Made by a program: the position numbers and the translations under genes. 32,000 nucleotides of DNA from Candidatus Harpocratesius repetitus (GTDB taxonomy: Archaea; Asgardarchaeota; Lokiarchaeia; Sigyniarchaeales; Promethearchaeaceae). Below the pieces are notes generated by a model that ran no database searches, was not told where the DNA came from, and saw nothing but the letters and a program-made list of their open reading frames with translations. The stretch lies in the NCBI GenBank assembly GCA_021498095.1, contig JAIZWK010000001.1:4194758-4226757 (forward strand), given 5' to 3'. This document shows positions 1 through 8,772 of the stretch, one piece after another; positions within the stretch are counted from its first letter, which is position 1; every line of letters begins with the position of its first letter.

Positions 1-2447
1 TCATTCCACTTTTGGAGATCTACAGATTGAATTTGAAATCTATTTAATAATTGAGTTTCTTTTTTTGAACCAAGTAAATTTAGAAGGAGAACGGCTTTTT
101 CTAACAACCAACAAACCATGATATTGGTATATGCATTATTTATTAAACCTAAACGATCCCCATTAGGCATTTTTTCATGAAATTCATCAGGTCCCATTAC
201 TTCCGATAAATCATATTTTTTGGTGATAGTATTAATTTTTAGATTATCAACCCAAAAATGAACAATTTCAATAAAAATTTCAAGTCCATAATTCTTCAAA
301 AACTCAAAATCTTGAGTTATTTTGAAATAATTCCAGATATTGTATGCAATTGCTAGCGAAACATGTTTTTGCAAATAGCTAAAATCATTATCCCATTTAC
401 CTGATTTTGGATTAAAATGGTATTTTTGAGTAGTTTCTTCCCCATTTCGACCACTTTGCCATGGAAACATTGCGCCTTTGAAATTATTTTCCTCTGCATT
501 AATCTTCGCAGATAAAAGACGATAATATCTATATAGAAGCAATGCTCGTGTAATTTCAGGAAAAAATAAATTGTAAAAGGGAAAAATAAATACTTCATCC
601 CAAAAAATGTGCCCATGATAAGATTCACCTGTTAACCCACGAGCAGGTATCCCAAAATCAAAATTTTGATTAACTAAAGAAGCGGTTGACAGTAAATGAT
701 AAGAATGTAACCGAATCGCTTGCTGTACGAATCGATCTCCTATTAACTGAATATCCATTCTTTCCCAATAAGAATGCCATTTCTCTCGATGATTTTTAAG
801 GAGCAGGGAAAAATCTGGAAGATTTTTTAGGGTTAATCGCGCCATTTTTATTGGATCTGCAGAATCAAAGTGATTCGAAGTATAGAGAACAACAATTTTC
901 TGGATGTTAGCAACTTCGTTTTTTTTTAAATTAATCGCAAATGTTGTATCAATTCGAGCTTGATCTTGAAAATTTATAAATTCAGGTTTGATACTTACAG
1001 AATTTTTTAACACTTTCAACTTTACCCATTCTGTGATGAGAATATTGGATTCTGAAGTTTTCATGGTTAAATAACTAAGGTTTTTTTCACACATACTGGA
1101 AATATACTTAAGATGTTGATTCTGGAATGATCTATATCTGTCAACTCCCTCATTACGAATATTACCATCGATACTTGATTTAAAAATAAACTTTCCAGAA
1201 TAGTTCAAAGGTTTTACTTTATAATCCAACACACCTATGTGAGGATTATCATGGCTAGCAAAAATTTTTGTTTGGATTTCAGTCCTCTTTCCATTTAAAT
1301 CCTCAATGATTAAATCCCTATAAGAAATTCCATCTCTCAAGTCTATTCCTTTTTTATACAAAACAATTTTCCTTTCAGAATTACCTATATAGTTATTTAT
1401 ATCAAACCAAGTGTTGTTATTACTATTCTTAAAGGTTAATAAAATCCAATTTGGAACATTTACTAAATCTTCGATCGAAAGAATTTTTCCTTCAATTTTA
1501 GAATTTAATTTATTATATACTCCTGCCAAATAGGTTCCAGGATAATTAAATTTCGTGCGTGAATTTTCAATTTGAACGCCTCGACTACCGAAATAACCAT
1601 TACCAATTGAACAAAGTGTTTCTATCACTTTTTCTTTATCATTCTGGTATTCGTTTGTTTCAAATTTCCATAATCGTTGAGGGAGTCCATTTTCAAACCA
1701 ATTTTTGATATCTTCAATAGAAATTTCATTCAAATCTGAAACCACGATATCTGCACCATTTTGTCTTAAATTTTCATGATTATTATGGCGAGCAACGCCA
1801 ATGACCAATCCAAAATGACCTTTTGTTCCTGCTTGGACACCAGATACAGCATCTTCAACAATTACGGATTGAAAATAGGGAACTTTGAGATTATGACAAG
1901 CAGTGAGAAAAAGATCAGGCGCGGGTTTTCCTTGCAGACTATATTGCTTTATTGTCGTTCCATCTACGATTGTATCAAATAAATGAGTAATATGAGCAAC
2001 GTTTAATACATGCTTACAGTTTTTACTTGATGAAGCAACTCCAATTTTCACTCCTTGAGAACGAAGTTCTTGAATTAATCTTAGAGTGGATGAATACAGA
2101 TCAACTCCTTGTTCATATAGAATTTCATTAATTAACTTGTTTTTTCGATTTCCTAACCCACAAATCGTTTCCTCTGATTCTGAATCTGTTGGACATCCAT
2201 AAGGAATCTTTATATTTCGCGATTCTAAAAAGGATTGAACGCCTTTATATCGAGGTTTCCCATCCACGAAAGGTAAATAATCAGATTCATGATTAAACTC
2301 AAAAAATGGTTCATTAAATCGCTTTTCTCGACTCTTAAGATAGTCATCGAACATCTTTTTCCATGCCATACAGTGTAAACTGGCTGTTTGGGTAATTACT
2401 CCATCAAGATCGAAAATCACCGCTTTTAAAGAAGATATTCTTTTCAC
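1..2447 (-). CDS. HAD-family beta-phosphoglucomutase fused to a GH65 (trehalose/maltose/kojibiose phosphorylase family) glycoside hydrolase; 3' end lies outside the window
   Basis: Manual translation from GTG at 2447 is open to the window edge, so there is no stop and it is missing from the ORF track. N-terminal HAD motifs: VIFDLDGVITQTA, VASSSKN, GKPAPDLF, IVEDAVSGV. GH65 motifs follow: ETLCSIGNGYFGSRG, PARGLTGESYHGHIFWDE, GAMFPWQSG, VMGPDEFHE. Confidence 0.9.
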   Translation of the reverse strand, partial: MKRISSLKAVIFDLDGVITQTASLHCMAWKKMFDDYLKSREKRFNEPFFEFNHESDYLPFVDGKPRYKGVQSFLESRNIKIPYGCPTDSESEETICGLGNRKNKLINEILYEQGVDLYSSTLRLIQELRSQGVKIGVASSSKNCKHVLNVAHITHLFDTIVDGTTIKQYSLQGKPAPDLFLTACHNLKVPYFQSVIVEDAVSGVQAGTKGHFGLVIGVARHNNHENLRQNGADIVVSDLNEISIEDIKNWFENGLPQRLWKFETNEYQNDKEKVIETLCSIGNGYFGSRGVQIENSRTKFNYPGTYLAGVYNKLNSKIEGKILSIEDLVNVPNWILLTFKNSNNNTWFDINNYIGNSERKIVLYKKGIDLRDGISYRDLIIEDLNGKRTEIQTKIFASHDNPHIGVLDYKVKPLNYSGKFIFKSSIDGNIRNEGVDRYRSFQNQHLKYISSMCEKNLSYLTMKTSESNILITEWVKLKVLKNSVSIKPEFINFQDQARIDTTFAINLKKNEVANIQKIVVLYTSNHFDSADPIKMARLTLKNLPDFSLLLKNHREKWHSYWERMDIQLIGDRFVQQAIRLHSYHLLSTASLVNQNFDFGIPARGLTGESYHGHIFWDEVFIFPFYNLFFPEITRALLLYRYYRLLSAKINAEENNFKGAMFPWQSGRNGEETTQKYHFNPKSGKWDNDFSYLQKHVSLAIAYNIWNYFKITQDFEFLKNYGLEIFIEIVHFWVDNLKINTITKKYDLSEVMGPDEFHEKMPNGDRLGLINNAYTNIMVCWLLEKAVLLLNLLGSKKETQLLNRFQIQSVDLQKWN

Positions 2448-2512
2448 CTCGTTGTAATATCAAAAAAATTTTTAAAATGTTAATGACTTAAACGATTTAA
2501 TAGTCCATTTCC

Positions 2513-3658
2513 TTAATCATCAAATTTTTGAATGGGAATATTATAAAGTAAATTTACTTCAGTTTTTGCATCAAATATATGAATTTTTTCAATAGGTATA
2601 GAAATATAGGCAGTATCACCCATTTTTCCTGAATAAAATCCAGAAGTCACAGCCATTGCAGAAATCCCCCCTTTAAAATCGAAAGAGACAACAGTATTTG
2701 CACCGAGATATTCAAGAACGGAAATTTGGACTTCAATGGAGCCCGGAAAAGGTTTTTGCTTAATTTCAATATGTTCAGGTCGAATTCCCATTATAAGACC
2801 ATTATTTAATTTTGGTTGAATTTTATTCACATATTCTTCTGGAATTTTTATTATATTTTCTCCAAATCTTAAATTTGATGATTCTAAATCACATTCTATA
2901 AAATTCATCATAGGAGAACCTATAAATCCTGCAACAAATTTGTTTCGAGGGTAATTGTACACTTCATGAGGAGTCCCAACTTGTTGAATTCGTCCTTGAT
3001 TTAAAATCGTAATTCTATCTGCCATAGACATAGCTTCTACTTGATCATGCGTTACATAAATTAAAGTCGTCTGAAGTTGTTTTTGTAATTTAATAATTTC
3101 TGCTCGCATTTGAGTTCGTAATTTTGCATCTAAATTACTCAACGGTTCATCAAAAAGAAAAACAGTTGGATTTCTGACAATGCAGCGACCTAAGGCGACT
3201 CGTTGTCTTTGACCTCCACTAAGTTCTTTGGGTTTTCGATCAAGAAGATGAGATATGTTTAAAATATTCGCAGCTTTTTGAACCCGTTTTTCTATTTCAT
3301 CAGGTTTTAATCTTGCCAATCGTAATGCAAAACTCATGTTTTTTCTAACATCCATATGTGGATATAATGCATAAGATTGGAAAACCATGGCTAATTTGCG
3401 CTCTTTGGGAGGCAACTCATTCACACATTGATCACCAAAGTAAATTTCACCAGATGTAACTATTTCCAATCCTGCAATTAGATTTAAACAAGTAGATTTC
3501 CCACATCCTGATGGTCCAACTAAAACCATAAATTCTTTGTCTCGAATCGTTAAATCAATATCTTTCAATACATGCACGTTTGGTTTGAAAATTTTATTCA
3601 CTTTTCTTAATTCAATTTTAACCATGTAGTAATCACCTTTATCCTTTAACTGCACCAC
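2513..3658 (-). CDS. malK: Sugar ABC transporter ATP-binding subunit (MalK/UgpC family)
   Basis: Walker A GPSGCGKST, Q-loop VFQSYALYPHM, signature LSGGQRQRVALGR, Walker B/D-loop FLFDEPLSNLD, YVTHDQVEAM, and a C-terminal TOBE-like region. The true start is probably the Met of MVKIEL near 3625. Confidence 0.93.
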   Translation of the reverse strand: MVQLKDKGDYYMVKIELRKVNKIFKPNVHVLKDIDLTIRDKEFMVLVGPSGCGKSTCLNLIAGLEIVTSGEIYFGDQCVNELPPKERKLAMVFQSYALYPHMDVRKNMSFALRLARLKPDEIEKRVQKAANILNISHLLDRKPKELSGGQRQRVALGRCIVRNPTVFLFDEPLSNLDAKLRTQMRAEIIKLQKQLQTTLIYVTHDQVEAMSMADRITILNQGRIQQVGTPHEVYNYPRNKFVAGFIGSPMMNFIECDLESSNLRFGENIIKIPEEYVNKIQPKLNNGLIMGIRPEHIEIKQKPFPGSIEVQISVLEYLGANTVVSFDFKGGISAMAVTSGFYSGKMGDTAYISIPIEKIHIFDAKTEVNLLYNIPIQKFDD

Positions 3659-5732
3659 TTGTAATTCCTTTAATTATTTGCTTTTGAAAGATCAAGACTA
3701 TAATTACTAATGGAACAGTCGCTAATGAAGTCGCTGCCATTAATGCAATGTCAGTATCCCAATCCGCAGAAAGACTTAAAGGACTTTGAACAAAACGCAA
3801 AATAGCACGGGGAACGGTATGATTAACATCACTCACTAACCATATTTGAGCAAATAATAACTCATTCCATGCATTAATAAATACTAAAATAAAGCAAGTA
3901 AATAGACCCGGAATCACTAATGGTGCAATTACCTTGTAAAAGATTTGAAAATTTGATGCCCCATCAACTTTTGCGGCTTTCCATAAATCTTCAGGAATTT
4001 CTTGAAAAAAAGATCTTAACACAAATGTTGCAATCGGTAAATTAAAAGCAGTATATGGTAGAAGTAATCCTAAGAGATTATCAGTCAAATCCATGAATGG
4101 AAATATTTCTGCAATCGTTTTAACTTGAATAAAATAAGGTATAATTATTATTAAAGCGGGTAAAGAAGTCATTGTAAAGATAATTCCAGTAGAGAGCATT
4201 TTTCCGGGAAATTTAAATTTCGCTAAAGCATATCCTGTCAGGGATCCAATAATTAAAACAATTACGCCTGTTGTACTAGAAAGAATAAATCCATTTACTA
4301 ATGCTCTACCAAAGCTGACTCCTGTAAATCCTGATGTTTCAAAAACTACTTTAAAAGCTTTAATAGAAAAATATTTCGGAAAGAATTCAAAGGACATTTG
4401 AGGAATATAAGGATTTCGAAATGATCGTCCAACAATCCAAATAAATGGTGCAGAACAGAATAAAATCATAAATATTATTGCTAATCTAAATCCCCAACGT
4501 TCAATTGCACGACGACGATTAAATCTTTTTAATACGCCCTTTTTAAGTGTAATTTTGGATGTTAAAGCTTCTTCTTTTTCAGTAAGAATTAAATCATCTG
4601 ATTTTGACCTATTAATAAGATGCAATTTTTTTTTTGTTATTTTTTTTTCCTTTTTGAAAACACCAATATTTATACGATTTAGTTGTAACTTTATTTTTTT
4701 CCGTAAAATTTTCCAAATTTTATGTTTTTTAGGTTTTCGTTCTTTTGAAGCCCATTTAAATATAATCAAAGCAAATGTTGCAATTAGGACGAATTCCAAT
4801 ATCGCTACTGCTGAAGCCATGCCAAACTCTTGACTTTTTGCCCAGAAATTCACTGCTTGGTATGTCATCGAATAAACACTTGTATCACGAAAAACTACAA
4901 TCGCATCATATACTCTTATTGCATCCATCATCCTAAAAACCAGCGCAATTCCCACTCCTGGTCTGATCATTGGCCAAGTAATTTTCCAAAATTTCTGCCA
5001 ATTATTTGCTCCTGCAATATCTGCTGCTTTATAGAGATCATCAGGTACGATTTGTAAAGCTGCAAGAATAAGTAAACTAAAATAAGGCGTGGTTTTCCAG
5101 ACATCAATAAATATACAACAGATCATAGTAAACGTTATATCAACATCTAAAAGATAAGGAGAATAAGGAACTGGAAGAATAAGAGTAAACAGTGTTTGAA
5201 CATCTGCACCATAAAAGGCAACTTCTCTTCCACTTAAAGCATGAATAATTGAATTAAATACACCGTAATCACTAAGAGGAGCGAAAAATTCATATCGAAA
5301 AATAGTAGCAGAAGCCACTGTAGGTAATGCCCAAGGTATTAAAAGGGTTGCTCGAGCTAACCCCCTTCCCCAAAATTTTTTATTTAATAATAGCGCAAAA
5401 ACAATTCCTAAAAATAATTCAAAAAATACTGCAACTATCGAAAAGAATAGAGTTTGATAAGTATACTGCCAAAAGTATTTTGTGTTTCTTCCACCATAAA
5501 AGAGGAGTTCATAATAATTTAAAATTGATATTTTAGTTCCAAAATATCCTGCAGTTGCAGAACTATCTGTGAAGCTGATAAAAATACCAATGATTAATGG
5601 AAAAAAGATCCCAAATAAAAAGACAACCAATGCAGGAATTAGAATTTTAAGTGCAAATTTAGTGTCTTTCTCATATCTTTTTTTTTTTTTAGTTAAATTT
5701 AATTTTGGTTTTATTACAGAAACTTCTGCCAT
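3639..5732 (-). CDS. Fused carbohydrate ABC permease (MalF-like half, Lys-rich linker, MalG-like half)
   Basis: Two multi-TM halves, each with an EAA-type loop (LYKAADIAGANNWQKFWKITWP; LWKAAKVDGASNFQIFYKVIAP). MalF-like LLIPWALPTVAS; MalG-like FINAWNELLFA and C-terminal FQKQIIKGITSGAVKG. Confidence 0.88.
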   Translation of the reverse strand: MAEVSVIKPKLNLTKKKKRYEKDTKFALKILIPALVVFLFGIFFPLIIGIFISFTDSSATAGYFGTKISILNYYELLFYGGRNTKYFWQYTYQTLFFSIVAVFFELFLGIVFALLLNKKFWGRGLARATLLIPWALPTVASATIFRYEFFAPLSDYGVFNSIIHALSGREVAFYGADVQTLFTLILPVPYSPYLLDVDITFTMICCIFIDVWKTTPYFSLLILAALQIVPDDLYKAADIAGANNWQKFWKITWPMIRPGVGIALVFRMMDAIRVYDAIVVFRDTSVYSMTYQAVNFWAKSQEFGMASAVAILEFVLIATFALIIFKWASKERKPKKHKIWKILRKKIKLQLNRINIGVFKKEKKITKKKLHLINRSKSDDLILTEKEEALTSKITLKKGVLKRFNRRRAIERWGFRLAIIFMILFCSAPFIWIVGRSFRNPYIPQMSFEFFPKYFSIKAFKVVFETSGFTGVSFGRALVNGFILSSTTGVIVLIIGSLTGYALAKFKFPGKMLSTGIIFTMTSLPALIIIIPYFIQVKTIAEIFPFMDLTDNLLGLLLPYTAFNLPIATFVLRSFFQEIPEDLWKAAKVDGASNFQIFYKVIAPLVIPGLFTCFILVFINAWNELLFAQIWLVSDVNHTVPRAILRFVQSPLSLSADWDTDIALMAATSLATVPLVIIVLIFQKQIIKGITSGAVKG

Positions 5733-5808
5733 AATCTTTGCTCCAATTTCTTTTTTATTATTTTAACTTAACATTAATAAAAGATTAAAAAAAATAAAAC
5801 ACTGGAAA

Positions 5809-7290
5809 TTAGTGTTTTTTCTTTATAATCACAAGAGTTCCAGCAGTTAAGCCCATGAATGCTATCATAAAAACCCATGTATATCCTGGAATAGAAACAG
5901 AATCTGAAGTTGGTCCTCCACTAATAATTTCTGAAATTGCTGTATCCATTTCTCCTAAACCTTTTTCAACTGATTTAACACCACCTAAAATATCATTGAA
6001 TTTATCTGCAATTTCAGTACTGATTTCAGGATATTTTGGATGAACTGGGCGCGAAAGAGTTCGATCAGCTGCATCTTTAAATTTGGAAACCCATTCAAAT
6101 CCAGCAGGTAGATCATCAAAGACCGATTTCAAAGCAGGAAAATTGGAACATTCAGTTAATTCTGCATTTTGAGCGGTGGTATTCCCTAAAAATCGAATTA
6201 GCTTCAGCGCCAAATCTTGATGAGTACTATAGGAATTAATAGCTAAAATCGCACCTCCCACAACAGATGATTTCTCGTCTGCAGAACCAGTTTTTGTTGG
6301 CATAGCAGTAACTCCAAATTGAATGTAGTTTCCTGAACCATCAGTAGCGTTCAAAATATCTGTGTCCTCTGAAAGACCATAAGCAAATGGCCATTGCCGC
6401 ATAAAAATGGCATTTCCTGCGAGCCACATACCGACACTTGAACCTTCATCATGAGTTAACCCCGCACGAGGTATAATATATCCAGTACCTTGAACACCCG
6501 TATATCGTGGAGCTACAAGGCCTTTCAGGAATTCCATCGCACCTTGAACATCTGTGGTATTTAAGTTTGGATTACCATTTTCATCAAATATAGAAGTGAC
6601 ACCAGCGGAACCAATCCATTCTATAAAATTACATACACCGCCTTCATATGCATCAAATTGGCCTACAAATCCAACAAGATCGGGATTCAATTCTTGTTCA
6701 GTTGTATTTGCTAAAATCTTATTAGTGTTCGTTTTAAATTCATCCCATGTATCAAAATCATCAATTGTAAAGCCATTTCGCGTTATTATATCATTACGGT
6801 AGAACAATACTCCAAGGTTCATAAAATATGGATATGCCCATATCTTTCCATCATAAGTACAACTCTGAACCATACCACCAAAGTAGTTATCCATTTCCCC
6901 ACTCTCTAAATCCGCAGTGAGATCTTTTATCCATCCGTTTTCCGCAAATTGTGCAGTCCAGACTGTATCTAACCCAATCACATCAAATTCACTATCCCCA
7001 GCCGCTAATAAGGTCGTTAAATAAGTTAATTGGTCATCAGCACGTGTACCTGAAGCGACCACTTCAACTGCATCAACCCCATCAGTAACAGCAAGGAAAT
7101 CATCGACGACAGCTTCTACTCCAGGAGCTTGCTGATCAGTAACGATTATTTTTAAAGTAACGCCTTGTGCTTTAGATGTACTAACCATTACCAACCCAAT
7201 AGGTAATACCATCATAACGAGTAGAAGGGTGCTATAAATGAATGTTTTTTTTTTCATGATAATTCCTTCGAATGCATTTTTTTTCTTCAT
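5809..7290 (-). CDS. Sugar ABC transporter substrate-binding protein (trehalose/maltose-binding type) with N-terminal signal and C-terminal Loki-CTERM-like anchor
   Basis: SBP family 1 motifs DVIGLDTVWTAQFAENGWIKDL, YRNDI, QFDAYEGGVCNF, FMRQWPFAY, VVGGAILAIN, SRPVHPKYPEIS. C-terminal IPGY, hydrophobic helix, then KKKH. The likely start is the second Met (MKKKTFIYS, about 7257). Confidence 0.9.
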   Translation of the reverse strand: MKKKNAFEGIIMKKKTFIYSTLLLVMMVLPIGLVMVSTSKAQGVTLKIIVTDQQAPGVEAVVDDFLAVTDGVDAVEVVASGTRADDQLTYLTTLLAAGDSEFDVIGLDTVWTAQFAENGWIKDLTADLESGEMDNYFGGMVQSCTYDGKIWAYPYFMNLGVLFYRNDIITRNGFTIDDFDTWDEFKTNTNKILANTTEQELNPDLVGFVGQFDAYEGGVCNFIEWIGSAGVTSIFDENGNPNLNTTDVQGAMEFLKGLVAPRYTGVQGTGYIIPRAGLTHDEGSSVGMWLAGNAIFMRQWPFAYGLSEDTDILNATDGSGNYIQFGVTAMPTKTGSADEKSSVVGGAILAINSYSTHQDLALKLIRFLGNTTAQNAELTECSNFPALKSVFDDLPAGFEWVSKFKDAADRTLSRPVHPKYPEISTEIADKFNDILGGVKSVEKGLGEMDTAISEIISGGPTSDSVSIPGYTWVFMIAFMGLTAGTLVIIKKKH

Positions 7291-7407
7291 TGAAATTAAT
7301 TCTTAAATTTCCACTGAAGAAAGATGCATATTTACCTTTTTCTTTATCTTATTTAAAACTTACGCAATTGTCTGCGATATATCCGTTATGATATTGACAA
7401 ATCTGTA

Positions 7408-7425
7408 ATGTCGTATATACGACAT
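7408..7425. promoter_or_regulatory. Perfect 18-bp palindrome ATGTCGTATATACGACAT, candidate operator upstream of the sugar ABC operon
   Basis: Directly visible self-complementary sequence in the divergent intergenic region 7291-7499. The operator role is inferred. Confidence 0.55.
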
Positions 7426-7499
7426 ATATGTAAATAAGAGATCTTTTCTCTAAAATATTATAATAGATCTTTTCTTTCCAAAAATCAGATGATGAAAGC

Positions 7500-7910
7500 A
7501 TGAAATCGATAGAATATTTATATCATAAATTGCAAGATAAGAATCTTTTAACTGCAATATTACTAATAGATGTGATCTTTACTCTTTTTTTCTTTTTAAA
7601 CCCATTTATGATTTATTTAACTGGTGATCTAGATTTTTTATTAAGTATTCTTACTGGAATGATCTATATCACAAAAAATCGTAAAGAAACCCAAAATGGA
7701 TATCTTCTTTTTTTTGAAACAGGAATTCTTGGGGGATTTGTAACAGCAATATCAGCAATTGTAATTACGATGATTAAACACATTTATGAACTTAATACCA
7801 ATTTTGGTGAGATTTATGTTATTTTTATATTATTAGGACAATTTATAGGCCTATTTCTTGCTATATTCTCAAGTATCTTACATTACTTTAATTTTAGAGA
7901 CATCGATTGA
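7500..7910 (+). CDS. Hypothetical membrane protein (about 4 TM helices)
   Basis: 136-aa ORF with four hydrophobic stretches, filling the gap between neighbours; no family recognised. Confidence 0.7.
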   Translation: MKSIEYLYHKLQDKNLLTAILLIDVIFTLFFFLNPFMIYLTGDLDFLLSILTGMIYITKNRKETQNGYLLFFETGILGGFVTAISAIVITMIKHIYELNTNFGEIYVIFILLGQFIGLFLAIFSSILHYFNFRDID

Positions 7911-7913
7911 TAA

Positions 7914-8624
7914 TTAAGAGACACTTTTCATTTCTGCCTTAATTTTTTCTACAATTGGGGAGATGTTGTTTCTCATAACATCCAATTGATCCCGCCAAAT
8001 TTTTCTTTGACCATAACTTGCTTCGCCCCAAATTCGTGGTAAATTAAAGACTTTGATAGGTATTAAATCCCTCCAAGGAAGCGAATCATAAACGATTTGC
8101 CCATATGTTAAAATAAGCTCCGGTTTAAGTAAATTGATTTCTGGTTTTAGATGTAATTCATAACATTTTTTGATTAAATATTCCCGATCTTTTAATTTTA
8201 GTTTTTGAAGAGGTCGTTTAGTTTGGCATTTTACCATAGTTGTGTAATAGATATAATCAAATATTTCTTCTGGTTTTATATCCAATACTTTAGATACAGC
8301 TTCAGGAAAATCTTTATGAAATGATAATCGAAGTGAATTATCTTGAATATGCATTCCTTTTTGGAATGTTTCTTCAGCTAATTTCAGATGAACTTCTACA
8401 AGTTGTTCTGCTTCTTCTTGACTAATTTTAATTCCTTGTGGATGAATTCTTTTATACTCACGAATTTCAGATTTTAGCATTTTACCGGGATTTATTCCTA
8501 TTACTAAAATTTTTTTTGGATTCTGGAAATATCCAAAAAAATCCCGAGGTATGCAACAATTATTACAATCTGGTAAATTCATAGCATAATGTTTATTACA
8601 TTCGAAATTAGAACATCTAAACAC
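7914..8624 (-). CDS. Uracil-DNA glycosylase superfamily-like protein with Cys-rich N-terminus
   Basis: KILVIGINPG (motif A-like), YYTTMVKC, EINLLKPELILTYGQ, and N-terminal Cys cluster CSNFEC...DCNNCC. GTG start. Confidence 0.65.
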   Translation of the reverse strand: MFRCSNFECNKHYAMNLPDCNNCCIPRDFFGYFQNPKKILVIGINPGKMLKSEIREYKRIHPQGIKISQEEAEQLVEVHLKLAEETFQKGMHIQDNSLRLSFHKDFPEAVSKVLDIKPEEIFDYIYYTTMVKCQTKRPLQKLKLKDREYLIKKCYELHLKPEINLLKPELILTYGQIVYDSLPWRDLIPIKVFNLPRIWGEASYGQRKIWRDQLDVMRNNISPIVEKIKAEMKSVS

Positions 8625-8772
8625 ATTTGAATATAATTTTAGTATCTTTGAATTAATACCAAATCTTTGCCTAGTGCTTGTAATTTTAGCTTACACCTAA
8701 TAGTATCTTTACAGATTTTTAATATTAAATTATTTCTTTTTTGCTTACCTATCAAGAAAACACTATACAAGA

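Noticed and set aside
353-628. 91-aa minus-strand ORF, and the + strand ORF 1776..1982
   Set aside because: Both lie inside the HAD-GH65 gene in alternative frames; the GH65 frame carries the conserved motifs.
720-850. Suspected frameshift in the GH65 gene
   Set aside because: Careful retranslation shows a continuous frame (…LLKNHREKWHSYWERMDIQLIGD…), in phase with both the 2447 start and the window edge.
4555-6802. + strand ORFs 4555..4833, 4830..5057, 5327..5536, 5569..5766, 5855..6043, 6554..6802
   Set aside because: Antisense shadows of the permease and SBP genes, with no motifs.
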